A stretch of DNA of 64,000 bases from an uncultured Actinomycetota bacterium (lineage in GTDB: Bacteria; Actinomycetota; Actinomycetes; JAFAQI01), in contig CAVYQE010000002.1 of NCBI GenBank assembly GCA_963770565.1, positions 160,001 through 224,000 of the forward strand, written 5' to 3'. The translations under genes and the position numbers were made by a program. The notes below the pieces were generated by a model. It made no database searches. It worked only from the letters and a program-made list of their open reading frames with translations, and was not told where the DNA came from. This document shows, piece by piece, positions 42,610 through 52,093 of the stretch. Positions within the stretch are counted from its first letter, which is position 1, and each line of letters begins with the position of its first letter.

Positions 42610-43493
42610 GCCAGTGCGCGCCGGCCGACCGCAAGGTCGATGTCGCCGCGGATCGCCGCGACGGTTTGCAACACCCGTCGGGTGGCGGCCACATCGTGGG
42701 CGCGAAAGATCCGCGCACCCAGCCATGCTGCGACCGCGGTCGCCGCGAGGGTGCCCTCGAGCCGGTCGTCCACCGGCAGGTCGAGCACCTCACCGACGAA
42801 GTCCTTGCGCGACATCGACATCAGGACCGGCCAGCCGGTCGCCACCAACACGTCGGTGTTGCGGGTCAGGAGCAGCGAGTGCCGGCTGTTCTTGCCGAAG
42901 TCGTGGGCCGGGTCGATCACGATGCCGTCGCGCCGGACCCCGGCGGTCAGCGCGGCGTCCGCCAAGCCGAGCAGGTACGCCGTCGTCTCGGCGACGACGT
43001 CGTCGTACCAGACCCGATGCGGACGGGTCCGGGGCACCTGGCCGCCGGCGTGCGTGCACACCAGGCCGGCACCGTGGGCAGCGACCGTGGCCGCGAGGGC
43101 AGGGTCGGCGGCGCCCCACGCGTCGTTGATGACGTCGGCGCCGGCCCGGCACACCGCGTCGGCCACCTCCGACCGCCAGGTGTCGACGCTCAGCACGGCG
43201 TCCGGGTGTTGTGCGCGGGCGCCCTCGACCACGGGCAGCACCCGACGGAGCTCCTCCGCGGCGTCGACGTCACCGCCGGGGCCGGCCTTCACGCCGCCGA
43301 TATCGACGATGTCCGCGCCGTCGGACACGACCTGCGCGATCCGGTCGAGGGTGGCGGCAGTGCCGAAGTTTCGACCGCGGTCGAAGAACGAGTCCGGAGT
43401 GGCATTGACGATCGCCATCACGCCGAGGTCGCCGACCCCGAAGACCCGGCTGCCCCATCGCAGGTCTGAGCCCGCTCGGCCGCCGGAGGTCAC
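42606..43493 (-). CDS. folP: Dihydropteroate synthase (FolP2-like)
   Basis: MAIVNATPDSFFD, DIGGVKAGPG, SVDTW, DPAHDFGKN, SRKDF, RAHDV. Confidence 0.92.
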   Translation of the reverse strand: MTSGGRAGSDLRWGSRVFGVGDLGVMAIVNATPDSFFDRGRNFGTAATLDRIAQVVSDGADIVDIGGVKAGPGGDVDAAEELRRVLPVVEGARAQHPDAVLSVDTWRSEVADAVCRAGADVINDAWGAADPALAATVAAHGAGLVCTHAGGQVPRTRPHRVWYDDVVAETTAYLLGLADAALTAGVRRDGIVIDPAHDFGKNSRHSLLLTRNTDVLVATGWPVLMSMSRKDFVGEVLDLPVDDRLEGTLAATAVAAWLGARIFRAHDVAATRRVLQTVAAIRGDIDLAVGRRALA

Positions 43494-43537
43494 CGGATCA
43501 ATCGTAGAGAGCCGGCCGGCCGGCCCGCGGACCCAGC

Positions 43538-43620
43538 CAAGCAATGTCACATTGCCCAGGCTTATCGGGGGGTGCTGTCACATTGCCCCCGGCTTTGCCG
43601 GGGCAATGTGACATTGCTAG
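43538..43620 (-). repeat. 83-bp palindromic REP/REPIN-like element, copy 2
   Basis: Reverse complement aligns without gaps to 11950-12032; overlaps the paaK stop codon. Confidence 0.9.
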
Positions 43621-44924
43621 GTCGGGGTTCGCTCGTCGACGATGCGACGCATCTTGCCGACCGACCGCTCGATCCCCTCGGGTTCGACCACTTCGACGTC
43701 CAGGCTCACGCCGATCGTCGCCTTGACCCTTGCCGCGAGCGCTGCGCCGGCCTGGGTCGCGGACGCCGGATCGCTCTCGACCCGGCGCTCCACCCGCACC
43801 GTCATCGAGTCGAGCCGCTCCTCGCGTCGCAACACGCACTGGAAATGCGGCGACAGCTCCGTCGTACGGAGGATCAGCTCTTCGATCTGGGTGGGGAACA
43901 GGTTCACGCCGCGCAGGATGATCATGTCGTCCGAGCGGCCGGTGATCCTCTCCATCCGGCGCATGTTCCGAGCCGTGCCCGGCAGCAGCCGGGTGAGGTC
44001 ACGGGTGCGATACCGGATGATCGGCATCGCCTCCTTAGTCAACGACGTGAAGACCAGCTCGCCCTCCTCGCCGTCCGGGAGCACCTCGCCGGTCTCGGGG
44101 TCGATCACCTCGGGATAGAAGTGGTCCTCCCAGATGTGCAGGCCGTCCTTGGTCTCGACGCACTCGTTCGCGACGCCCGGGCCCATCACCTCGGACAGGC
44201 CGTAGATGTCGACCGCATGCATGTCGAGGCGCCGCTCGATCTCCTCGCGCATGTCGTTGGTCCACGGCTCGGCGCCCAAGATGCCGACCTTCAACGAGGT
44301 CTTCTGCGGGTCGATTCCCTGCCGCTGCATCTCATCGACGATCGCCAGCAGGTACGACGGGGTGACCATGATGATGTCCGGCTCGAAGTCGCGGATCAGC
44401 ATCACCTGCCGCTCGGTCATGCCGCCCGAGACCGGGATCACGGTGCAGCCGAGCGCCTCGGCGCCGTAGTGCGCGCCGAGCCCGCCGGTGAACAGGCCGT
44501 ATCCATACGCGACGTGGACCCGGTCGCCGGGCCGCCCGCCCGAGGCCCGGATCGACCGTGCCATCACCGTGGCCCAGGTCTCGAGATCCTTCGCGGTGTA
44601 GCCGACGACGGTCGGTTGACCCGTCGTGCCGGACGACGCGTGGATTCGCCGTACCTCTTCTCGCGGTACGGCGAACATGCCGAACGGGTAGTTGGCCCGC
44701 AGATCTGCCTTGGTAGTAAAGGGAAACTCGGCGATGCCGGCGAGCTCGGTGCAATCGTCGGGGTGGACCTGCGCCGCGTCGAACGCGGCCCGGTAATGGG
44801 CCACGTTGTCGTATGCGTGCTGCAGAGACCAGTGCAGTCGCTCGAGCTGCAGCGCGCGGAGCTCGTCGATCGAGGCGCGTTCGATCGGCTCGAGAGCCTC
44901 GGGCGACGGGGTCCGATCGAGCAC
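43617..44924 (-). CDS. paaK: Phenylacetate-CoA ligase
   Basis: HASSGTTG, YGYGLFTGGLGAHYG, DIYGLSEVMGPG, RYRTRDLT. Confidence 0.95.
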   Translation of the reverse strand: MLDRTPSPEALEPIERASIDELRALQLERLHWSLQHAYDNVAHYRAAFDAAQVHPDDCTELAGIAEFPFTTKADLRANYPFGMFAVPREEVRRIHASSGTTGQPTVVGYTAKDLETWATVMARSIRASGGRPGDRVHVAYGYGLFTGGLGAHYGAEALGCTVIPVSGGMTERQVMLIRDFEPDIIMVTPSYLLAIVDEMQRQGIDPQKTSLKVGILGAEPWTNDMREEIERRLDMHAVDIYGLSEVMGPGVANECVETKDGLHIWEDHFYPEVIDPETGEVLPDGEEGELVFTSLTKEAMPIIRYRTRDLTRLLPGTARNMRRMERITGRSDDMIILRGVNLFPTQIEELILRTTELSPHFQCVLRREERLDSMTVRVERRVESDPASATQAGAALAARVKATIGVSLDVEVVEPEGIERSVGKMRRIVDERTPT

Positions 44925-45029
44925 TTCGCTTCCTTTCCCGGGAGTCCGCAACCCGGACGGTACCGGGGGGTGACGATGTTGCCCAGAAACCCGGATGAGG
45001 TCTGCGCCCGAATTTGGCAGACTGATCGG

Positions 45030-45656
45030 GTGACCCTCGCGCTGATCGAGTTCTCCGCGGCGGCGGCCCTGATCGTGCTGCTTCCCGGACCGGACACGCT
45101 CGTCGTCATGCGCTCCCTGCTCCGGGCCGGGCACCGCCAGGCCAGACGGACGGTCTGGGGTGTGCTGACCGGGCTAAGCATCTGGGCCACCTGCGCCGTG
45201 CTCGGTTTGTCCGCGCTGCTGCAGGCCAGCCACGACGGCTACACCGCACTTCGGATCGCCGGCGCGGTCTACCTGTGCGTGCTCGGGATCCAGGCTTTCC
45301 GCGCCCGCGGGGTCACCGCGGAAGTTGACCGCGACCCGAGCCACGCCCGCCGGCGCGGACTGATCGGCGCCGGCTACCTCGCCGGTCTCACCACCGACCT
45401 GCTGAACCCGAAGGTCGGCGTCTTCTTCGTGACCTTCCTGCCCGCCTTCGTGCCGCACGGCGAGCCGATCGGTCGGGTGACCCTGCTCTTCGGCGCGATC
45501 TTCGTGATCGAGACCGGCCTGTACTTCGTGGTGCTGATCCGGTTCGCCAACCGGCTGGTCGCCGGGATGCGCAAACCACGAGTACGGCGCGCGCTCGACC
45601 GGGCCACCGGCGCCGTACTGGTCGGCTTCGGCGTCCGGCTAGCCCTCGAGTCTTAG
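45030..45656 (+). CDS. LysE/RhtB family translocator
   Basis: LPGPDT, GAVYL, LLNPKVGVFF. Confidence 0.92.
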   Translation: MTLALIEFSAAAALIVLLPGPDTLVVMRSLLRAGHRQARRTVWGVLTGLSIWATCAVLGLSALLQASHDGYTALRIAGAVYLCVLGIQAFRARGVTAEVDRDPSHARRRGLIGAGYLAGLTTDLLNPKVGVFFVTFLPAFVPHGEPIGRVTLLFGAIFVIETGLYFVVLIRFANRLVAGMRKPRVRRALDRATGAVLVGFGVRLALES

Positions 45657-45746
45657 CCGGGGAGCCCGAGCGCCGAGCGCACCCACGCTCGGATCCGGCC
45701 CAAGCACCGGGTACCCAAAGTGCGGCCCTCAGGGCGTTAATGAGGT

Positions 45747-46247
45747 GTGAGCACTGGGTTCGACGAGTGGGCGGCCGCCCGCGGGCCGGCTCTCATCCGG
45801 TTCGGCTACCTGCTGACCGACGACCGTCATCTCGCTCAGGACCTCACCCAAGAGGCGCTGGCCCGCGTGCACCGTCGGTGGCGGCGGCTCGCGGCGGACG
45901 GCTACCCGGACGCGTATGCGCGCAAGATCATGGTCAACCAGCTGACCTCGTGGCGGCGTCGCCGTTCCTTCTCGGAACGAGCGACCGGAGAGGTCGACGT
46001 AACAGTTGCCACGGTCGAGTTCGACCAGGCATCCACCGACCGGCAGGCGCTCTGGCAGTTGATCAGCGGCCTGCCGACCCGGCAGCGCGCCGTCATCGTG
46101 TTGCGCTACTACGAGGACCTCGACGACGAGTCGATCGGCCAAATCCTGGGCTGCGCGTCGAGCACCGTACGCGTGCACCTACGTCGCGGGCTGAGCACAC
46201 TTCGCACGCATCCCATCACCGGGGAGTTTGCAGGGAGGACCACATGA
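45747..46247 (+). CDS. ECF sigma factor (SigE family)
   Basis: AQDLTQEAL, LPTRQRAVIVLRYYEDL, STVR. Confidence 0.92.
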   Translation: MSTGFDEWAAARGPALIRFGYLLTDDRHLAQDLTQEALARVHRRWRRLAADGYPDAYARKIMVNQLTSWRRRRSFSERATGEVDVTVATVEFDQASTDRQALWQLISGLPTRQRAVIVLRYYEDLDDESIGQILGCASSTVRVHLRRGLSTLRTHPITGEFAGRTT

Positions 46248-46840
46248 CTGATCTGGACACGATGATCCGTGACTGTCTGCAAGAGCACGCGCAAATGGCA
46301 CCCGGCATTGAGCCCCTCACCGGCGTGCAGGTCAGAAGCCGCAAGGTTGCTCGACGGCAGTGGCTCGTGCTCGCTTCCGCGACTGCGGCTGTCCTGGTCG
46401 TCACCGCAGGCATCACGTTAGGCATCGCCCGATCCACGCCGACCCACGCAGGCGGCCACGGTCATGCGGTGATCGTTGTGCAGGCCTCCCCGACGCCGAC
46501 CTTCGAATCGCCGACTTGTCCGCCCGGCGAAGCGCCCAACCTCGCGGTTGACAAGGGCACCCCGCCACAACCGGTCAGCAGCTTGGTACCGCAGAGCGAC
46601 TCGTTCGCGTTCGTCATCGGCCAGGACCCGGCGTTCTTCGTCAACGGCCAGGCACCGGCCCACAACACGTTGTGGATCCTGGCGCGCGATGCAAGCGGTG
46701 ACATTACGCGCTTCATCGTCAGCGATCCCAACACGCCGTTGTCGGACCAGGGTTCCTCGGGTGACGGTTCGACCGACAACGTCGAGGGTGTCAACGGCTG
46801 GTTGGCGACCTTTGCCGGATGCCAGGCGCAGAGTTCCTGA
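46244..46840 (+). CDS. Putative membrane anti-sigma factor
   Basis: ATGA overlap with the sigma gene, GGAGG RBS, single TM after a basic patch. Confidence 0.7.
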   Translation: MTDLDTMIRDCLQEHAQMAPGIEPLTGVQVRSRKVARRQWLVLASATAAVLVVTAGITLGIARSTPTHAGGHGHAVIVVQASPTPTFESPTCPPGEAPNLAVDKGTPPQPVSSLVPQSDSFAFVIGQDPAFFVNGQAPAHNTLWILARDASGDITRFIVSDPNTPLSDQGSSGDGSTDNVEGVNGWLATFAGCQAQSS

Positions 46841-46908
46841 GCGGCAGGTCGCCAACCATCGTCCGGTTAGGTTGATGTCAGTCACTGCCGTCGACGCTGG
46901 AGAACGTC

Positions 46909-47826
46909 ATGCGGATCTTCCTCACCGGCGCATCCGGCTGGATCGGCTCGCCGACGACCAGCAAGCTCATCGACGCCGGCCATCAGGTCATCGGGCTGGC
47001 TCGCTCGGACCAAGCCGCCGCCACGGTGGCCGGATTGGGCGCCGGGGTCGTACGCGGCAGCCTCGATGATCTCGATCTGCTGCGCGCCGAGGCGGCCCGG
47101 TCGGACGGCGTCGTCCATCTCGCGTTCCGGCACGACGTCGCCTTTAGCGGTGACTACCAAGCCGCGGCCGACAGCGACCGGTTGGCGATCGAGGCACTTG
47201 GTTCGTCGCTGGAAGGCTCTGATCGCCCGCTCATCGTAGCGTCCGGCACGCTGGGTCTCGCTCCCGGCCGGGTCGGAACCGAACGCGACCGGCCGGACCC
47301 GAGCCAGCACCCTCGGATCCAGAACGCGTACACCGCCTTGGCGCTGGCCGACCGTGGCGTGCGATCAGTCGTGATCCGCTTCGCACCGACCGTCCACGGG
47401 GTTGGTGACCACGGCTTCATCGCCACCCTCGTCGACATCGCGCGCGACACCAATGTGTCGGCCTTCATCGGTGAAGGCGCGAACCGCTGGCCCGCCGTTC
47501 ATCGATTCGACGCGGCCGACCTTGTCGCACGAGCGGTCGAGAAGTCCCCCGCCGGCTCGGTGCTGCATGCCACCGCCGAGACCGGCGTTCCTACTCGCGA
47601 CATCGCAGCCGCGATCGGCCGCCAACTCGGGCTACCCGTCGCGCCCATCCCGGTTGAGCAAGCAGCGGGGCACTTTCGCCACCTCGGCCAGTTCTTCGCG
47701 GCTGATGCACCCGCCTCGAGCGACCTCACCCGAGAACTGCTGGATTGGCAGCCGACCGGACCCGGCCTCCTCGCCGACATCGACGCCGGCCGCTACACCT
47801 CAAGCGGGCCGCAGACCCCCAAGTAG
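46909..47826 (+). CDS. SDR/NAD-dependent oxidoreductase
   Basis: MRIFLTGASGWIG, HLAFRHD, NRWPAVHR. Confidence 0.92.
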   Translation: MRIFLTGASGWIGSPTTSKLIDAGHQVIGLARSDQAAATVAGLGAGVVRGSLDDLDLLRAEAARSDGVVHLAFRHDVAFSGDYQAAADSDRLAIEALGSSLEGSDRPLIVASGTLGLAPGRVGTERDRPDPSQHPRIQNAYTALALADRGVRSVVIRFAPTVHGVGDHGFIATLVDIARDTNVSAFIGEGANRWPAVHRFDAADLVARAVEKSPAGSVLHATAETGVPTRDIAAAIGRQLGLPVAPIPVEQAAGHFRHLGQFFAADAPASSDLTRELLDWQPTGPGLLADIDAGRYTSSGPQTPK

Positions 47827-47896
47827 CGGAGTCGTTGGCCTCGTCAACTCGAGGTGGATACCCGGATCAGTAGCTTGCTGATCGCCCTCATTCCGC

Positions 47897-48571
47897 TCAG
47901 TGGTGCGTGAAGGTGTGAGTCTTCATGACCAGCCGGTTGACGCGCGTCGCCGTGAGCTGGGCGTATGAAACATCGGCGGGGGCCGTGCCATCGCCGATGT
48001 TCTCGCAGTAGAGCCCGAGCCGCTGATCGCCAGACATCACGAATTGGTCGGTGATCGTCAACGAGTCTTCGATCAGGTAAGAACTGGCGTTGGTTCGCTC
48101 GCCATCGTCAAGGTCGTTGTGTGGTGACGAGGAGACCGGAGAGAGGTAGCAACGAATGTCCCCGCCGTTGCCACCCCCGACCAGAGAGACTGCCGCGGTT
48201 GAGCTCACCGTGTAGACACCGTGGGGCAGGATCGATGTCATGGCCATGAGATTGGCGACCTGCGTCCCCTTCACCTTCTTCCCGTTGAAGTAACTTTGAC
48301 TGTCGGCGGCCTTCAGTCTTCCGACGTACGCGAGCGTCTCGCCAGCTGGACCTCGCCGGCCCTGTTCGTTCCAGACCACACCCTTCTCTCCCGATCGGCA
48401 CGAGTACGTCTTCGGTGTGATCACGATCGCGTGGATGCGCAGGGCGCCACTGGAGGTCTTGAAACAGCCCTCGATCACATGGTCGGCGCGTGGCGTTGTG
48501 GCGGCGTGGGCGACGGTGGCGGCAGCGACCAGGGCTGCCACACCCCCAGCTGCCAGGATTCGGTGTGACAT
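47897..48571 (-). CDS. Secreted hypothetical protein with a short collagen-like linker
   Basis: AAGGAGG RBS, signal peptide (AHA), IEGC..GALR..C..GE..WNEQGRRGPAG. Confidence 0.75.
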   Translation of the reverse strand: MSHRILAAGGVAALVAAATVAHAATTPRADHVIEGCFKTSSGALRIHAIVITPKTYSCRSGEKGVVWNEQGRRGPAGETLAYVGRLKAADSQSYFNGKKVKGTQVANLMAMTSILPHGVYTVSSTAAVSLVGGGNGGDIRCYLSPVSSSPHNDLDDGERTNASSYLIEDSLTITDQFVMSGDQRLGLYCENIGDGTAPADVSYAQLTATRVNRLVMKTHTFTHH

Positions 48572-48665
48572 AACAGTCCTCCTTCGACAGACCGTCTCAG
48601 TGTTGTCGTGAGATACGAGAACCCCGCTTCGACAAGAGAATCCGTTCGGGTGCGAGAAGCACGCC

Positions 48666-50126
48666 TCAGACTCCGAGGTAGATGAAGCCGTTGGCTTCGT
48701 CGCGAAACTGGACTCCGGCTTCACGCAAGGGAGCGTCCCAGTCGCCGAGGCAGTTCGGATCCGCACCCTCGGAGCCGTGGTCCGCGGTGAGCAGGATCGT
48801 GGTCGAGTCGAGCGCGCCGATCCGCTCGAGGTGATCGAGGAACACGCCGAGCCGGCGGTCGGCATCCCGCATCGCCGCGTGCGCAATCGGCGAGTGCGGT
48901 CCGCCGCTGTGATGACCGGTATCGGTGAGCAACGTGTTCCACCAGCTCAGCCGGGGCGCCTCGGCCAGCGACGGCCAGAGGTCGAGCATCTGCGTCAGGC
49001 CGATGCCGTCGACCGACGACGACCAGGCATAGTCCTTGTCGGTCTCGACGTACTCCTGGGTAGCGTGCGGATCTTCACGCGGTGAGGGCAGCCGCGAGTC
49101 GGTAGGCAACACCCCGTCGTCGTCGCCCGACGCGCGCACCAGCTCGAAGGTCGAGTACGACGCCCCCGAGTCGGCGGGTTCGTTGACGCACGCAGTCGGC
49201 CCCTCGACCCGTTCGAAGACGGTCCGGACACCTGGCGCGAGCCACTCCGCCCAGCGATGCCAGGTCCGGGCATCGTTGGTGAGCCGTTGAGCCGCCGCCG
49301 AACGGTCGTAGTACGCGTTGTTCACGATGCCGTGCCGACCCGGCCCGACGCCGGTCAGCGCACAGGTGTGGTTGACCAGCGTGACGCTCGGAAACTCCGC
49401 GACCGCGCCACCGGTCAGCGCACATCCGCGGGCGAGCAGCCGCGCCACCGACGGAAGCTCACCCGCAGCCGCCAGCGCATAGAGCGAGTTGGAGTTGCAC
49501 CCGTCCCACAGCAGGCCGATCACTCGCGAGTCGGGCCGCGGCACGAGCAGGTCGACGAGCGCCTGGCCGTCCATGTCGCCCAGCGACGCGAGCGACGTGC
49601 CTGCCAGCCAGGCCAGAGTGGGCGCAACGTCGACGACCCGCGCCGCGACCGGGATCAGGCCGCGCCCCAAGACGTCAGGCCCGGACAGGATCAGCGGTGC
49701 CCGCGACTGCACGACCGACAACGATCCGTGCTCGCCGCGGTGCCCACCGCGATCCGGGAAGTAGTGCCGACCGGTGTGTACGACGGCGATATCGGGAGCG
49801 GCCGGCGCGGCGAACAGCGAGATCAACCGCTCGGCTGCCCACGGGTAGGAGTTGCGCTCGTTCGGCGGGGACGGATCCGCGAGCTCGGCGGCCAGCGTCG
49901 AGAACGCCAGCGGGTCCTGCGACGCGACCGGGTCGCGTCCACGCAGCACGTCAGCCGGCGCTTCGGGATCGACCCGAGAGAGCCTCGACGCCCCGCCCGC
50001 GTTGGCGACCACGATCGAGGTGTCGTCGGCGTACGCGACCAAGTCGACCACCTCGGCCAGCGACGAATCGCAGAGCACGTCGACGGCCAGCTCGCGCATG
50101 ACGTCGAGTGCGCCCGGTGCGGTCAT
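48666..50126 (-). CDS. Alkaline phosphatase/nucleotide pyrophosphatase family protein
   Basis: WDG, FPSVTLVNH, D..HH.G, LTADHG. Confidence 0.88.
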   Translation of the reverse strand: MTAPGALDVMRELAVDVLCDSSLAEVVDLVAYADDTSIVVANAGGASRLSRVDPEAPADVLRGRDPVASQDPLAFSTLAAELADPSPPNERNSYPWAAERLISLFAAPAAPDIAVVHTGRHYFPDRGGHRGEHGSLSVVQSRAPLILSGPDVLGRGLIPVAARVVDVAPTLAWLAGTSLASLGDMDGQALVDLLVPRPDSRVIGLLWDGCNSNSLYALAAAGELPSVARLLARGCALTGGAVAEFPSVTLVNHTCALTGVGPGRHGIVNNAYYDRSAAAQRLTNDARTWHRWAEWLAPGVRTVFERVEGPTACVNEPADSGASYSTFELVRASGDDDGVLPTDSRLPSPREDPHATQEYVETDKDYAWSSSVDGIGLTQMLDLWPSLAEAPRLSWWNTLLTDTGHHSGGPHSPIAHAAMRDADRRLGVFLDHLERIGALDSTTILLTADHGSEGADPNCLGDWDAPLREAGVQFRDEANGFIYLGV

Positions 50127-50194
50127 GACATCGACACTAACGACCGGCTCGGCCGACGCAGGTCCGTAACCGGCGAAGCCAGGCCGCGAACGAC

Positions 50195-50232
50195 GAACCG
50201 CCCCGCGAACCAAACGGTTCGCGGGGCGGTTC
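50195..50232 (-). terminator. Hairpin ending the whiB7 operon
   Basis: GAACCGCCCCGCGAACC-AAAC-GGTTCGCGGGGCGGTTC, 17-bp stem. Confidence 0.75.
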
Positions 50233-50244
50233 AGGCCCGGCCAC

Positions 50245-50451
50245 TTACAGGACCGAGAGCGACACCAGGTGCCGACGCGCGGCGTCGGCCCGGCGCTGCC
50301 GGCGGCGCACGACCGCCAGCTGGCGCAGGTACGCCCGGCGTACCTGCTCCGCATCGACCTGCATTCGTTCGCGGGTCAGCGCTTCGTACAAAGCGTGCTG
50401 CATCATTTGAAGACTCCTTGTTGAGTTCATGGTTGATGTGACGGTGCTCAT
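50245..50451 (-). CDS. Small basic helical protein coupled to whiB7
   Basis: ATGA overlap with whiB7; LYEALTRERM..RRRQRRA. Confidence 0.7.
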   Translation of the reverse strand: MSTVTSTMNSTRSLQMMQHALYEALTRERMQVDAEQVRRAYLRQLAVVRRRQRRADAARRHLVSLSVL

Positions 50452-50705
50452 GCAGCGATCACGTCTGACTTGCGGGGCCGGCCACGCGGACGCTTGCGCG
50501 CCACGATGACGCCGGCGACGAGAAGCTCGCCACCCCAAACACCCCACGGCTCACGCCGGTCGATGGCATCGGCTAGGCAGGACCGACGCAACGGACAGTC
50601 CAGGCACAGCGCCTTTGCCCGCTCGACGTCAACCGGCGACTCAGCGAAGAACAAGTCGGGGTCGACGAGGTGACAGGGCAGATCGCACTCAAAGTTCTCG
50701 GACAT
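50448..50705 (-). CDS. whiB7: WhiB7/WblC transcriptional regulator
   Basis: Four Cys, EPWGVWGG, C-terminal AT-hook RPRGRPRK; GAGGAGG RBS. Confidence 0.95.
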   Translation of the reverse strand: MSENFECDLPCHLVDPDLFFAESPVDVERAKALCLDCPLRRSCLADAIDRREPWGVWGGELLVAGVIVARKRPRGRPRKSDVIAA

Positions 50706-50773
50706 CGGTACCACCTCCTCGTTGGTTGTCGGGACTTCTGTGTAGTTGTGGGTTCTGACACTTCCTGCGAGCG

Positions 50774-50819
50774 ACAAACAGAAAGGCCGCGGACCCTGTT
50801 CGGGTTCCGCGGCCTTTGA
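50774..50819 (-). terminator. whiB7 leader attenuator (intrinsic terminator)
   Basis: AAAGGCCGCGGAACCC..GGGTCCGCGGCCTTT followed by CTGTTTGT. Confidence 0.85.
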
Positions 50820-50840
50820 TCTCGCCGGTGTGATTGCTGG

Positions 50841-51068
50841 TCAGACCGGATCCTCAAAGGCCTCGTCACCCGAGGCGACATTCGTCGCGCCCTGGGCTGC
50901 AGTCGTCGCCGTGGTCATGCACTTCACGCGCGGGAGCACGACGGTGCTGCGGAGCCGCCGCGGGAAGGGCATACGAATCCCGTGCTGCGGCCCGGCCCAG
51001 ATCGACACCTGCGCCCGCTGCGCAACCGCAGCAGCGGTCGCCGGCGTCGAATAGATGTTGCTATCCAC
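50841..51068 (-). CDS. whiB7 leader peptide (uORF)
   Basis: AAGGAGG RBS before GTG; stops ~20 nt before the attenuator; 3' end carries antiterminator GGCCTTTGA. Confidence 0.75.
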   Translation of the reverse strand: MDSNIYSTPATAAAVAQRAQVSIWAGPQHGIRMPFPRRLRSTVVLPRVKCMTTATTAAQGATNVASGDEAFEDPV

Positions 51069-51145
51069 GCTCAGCCACCTCCTTCGCTGCTCGGTCGTGC
51101 GCCTCAGCGCTGACTCCACGGCATGACAAATGTCACACCTGAGTG

Positions 51146-51183
51146 ACGATAAAGCGTCACACCGATCGACGCAACGGATTTAT
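51146..51183 (-). promoter_or_regulatory. WhiB7-dependent SigA promoter
   Basis: ATAAAT-N3-TTGCGT-N17-TATCGT. Confidence 0.8.
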
Positions 51184-52071
51184 CGGCGCCAAGACGTCAC
51201 AGGTTGATTTCGATTCGCCGAGCACTCGGAGCAAGCCTTCCTGCACCACCGACACGACGTGCGCGCCTCCGCGCGTGAACAGTCGCCCGAACGCAAGTCC
51301 GCGTGCTCCGGACGCGGTCGGGGACTGCTGGTCGTAGAGCAGCCACTCGTCGGCGCGGAACGGCCGGTGGAACCACATCGCATGATCCAGGCTCGCGACC
51401 ATGATCCGGCGGTTGTCGTCCCAGGCCAGGCCGTTCGCGAGCAGCACCGAGTCGAGCAGCGTCATGTCGCTCGCATAGGTGACCGCACACACGTGCAGCA
51501 GCGGGTCGTCGGGCATCTCCCCGTTGGCCCGGAACCACACCTGCTGGCGGTTCTTCGGCACGATGTCGCCCTGGTCGAGCCACGGCGGGTCGTCGACGTA
51601 CCGCAGGTCGATCGGCCGCGGCCGCTCCCAGCGTGGCGACGGCGGGATTCCCGCGGCCAGTCGCCGCTCGTCGAGGGTGGGAAGGGTGTCCGGATCGGGC
51701 GCGGCGGGCATCTCCGCCTGGTGATCAACCCCCGGCTCGTGGATCTGGAACGAGGCCGAGAGGTGGAAGATCGCCTCACCGTGCTGCACCGCGACCACCC
51801 GGCGGGTGGTGAACGAGCGGCCGTCCCGGATCCGGTCGACCTGGTAGATGATCGGGATCGAGGGGTCCCCCGGCCGCAGGAAGTACGCGTGCAGCGAGTG
51901 CACGAAGCGGTCCGCCGGCACCGTCCGGCCGGCCGCCACAAGCGCCTGCCCGGCCACCTGCCCGCCGAAGACCCGCTGGAGGTTCTCGTCCGGGCTCAGG
52001 CCGCGGAAGATGTTCACCTCGAGCTGCTCGAGATCGAGGATGGTCAGCAGCGCGCTGAGTTCTTCGGCCAC
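51157..52071 (-). CDS. tesB: Acyl-CoA thioesterase II
   Basis: VFGGQVAGQAL, HSLHAYFLRPG, YASDMTL, SLDHAMWFH, QEGLLR. Confidence 0.94.
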   Translation of the reverse strand: MAEELSALLTILDLEQLEVNIFRGLSPDENLQRVFGGQVAGQALVAAGRTVPADRFVHSLHAYFLRPGDPSIPIIYQVDRIRDGRSFTTRRVVAVQHGEAIFHLSASFQIHEPGVDHQAEMPAAPDPDTLPTLDERRLAAGIPPSPRWERPRPIDLRYVDDPPWLDQGDIVPKNRQQVWFRANGEMPDDPLLHVCAVTYASDMTLLDSVLLANGLAWDDNRRIMVASLDHAMWFHRPFRADEWLLYDQQSPTASGARGLAFGRLFTRGGAHVVSVVQEGLLRVLGESKSTCDVLAPINPLRRSV

Positions 52072-52093
52072 GGCGGGCGACTTTATCGGCTGA

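Noticed and set aside
45710-45746. Autoregulatory ECF promoter (CAAA..CGTT)
   Set aside because: Plausible, but the -35 match and spacing are too weak to support a call.
48572-48665. Riboswitch upstream of the secreted protein
   Set aside because: No recognizable aptamer consensus.
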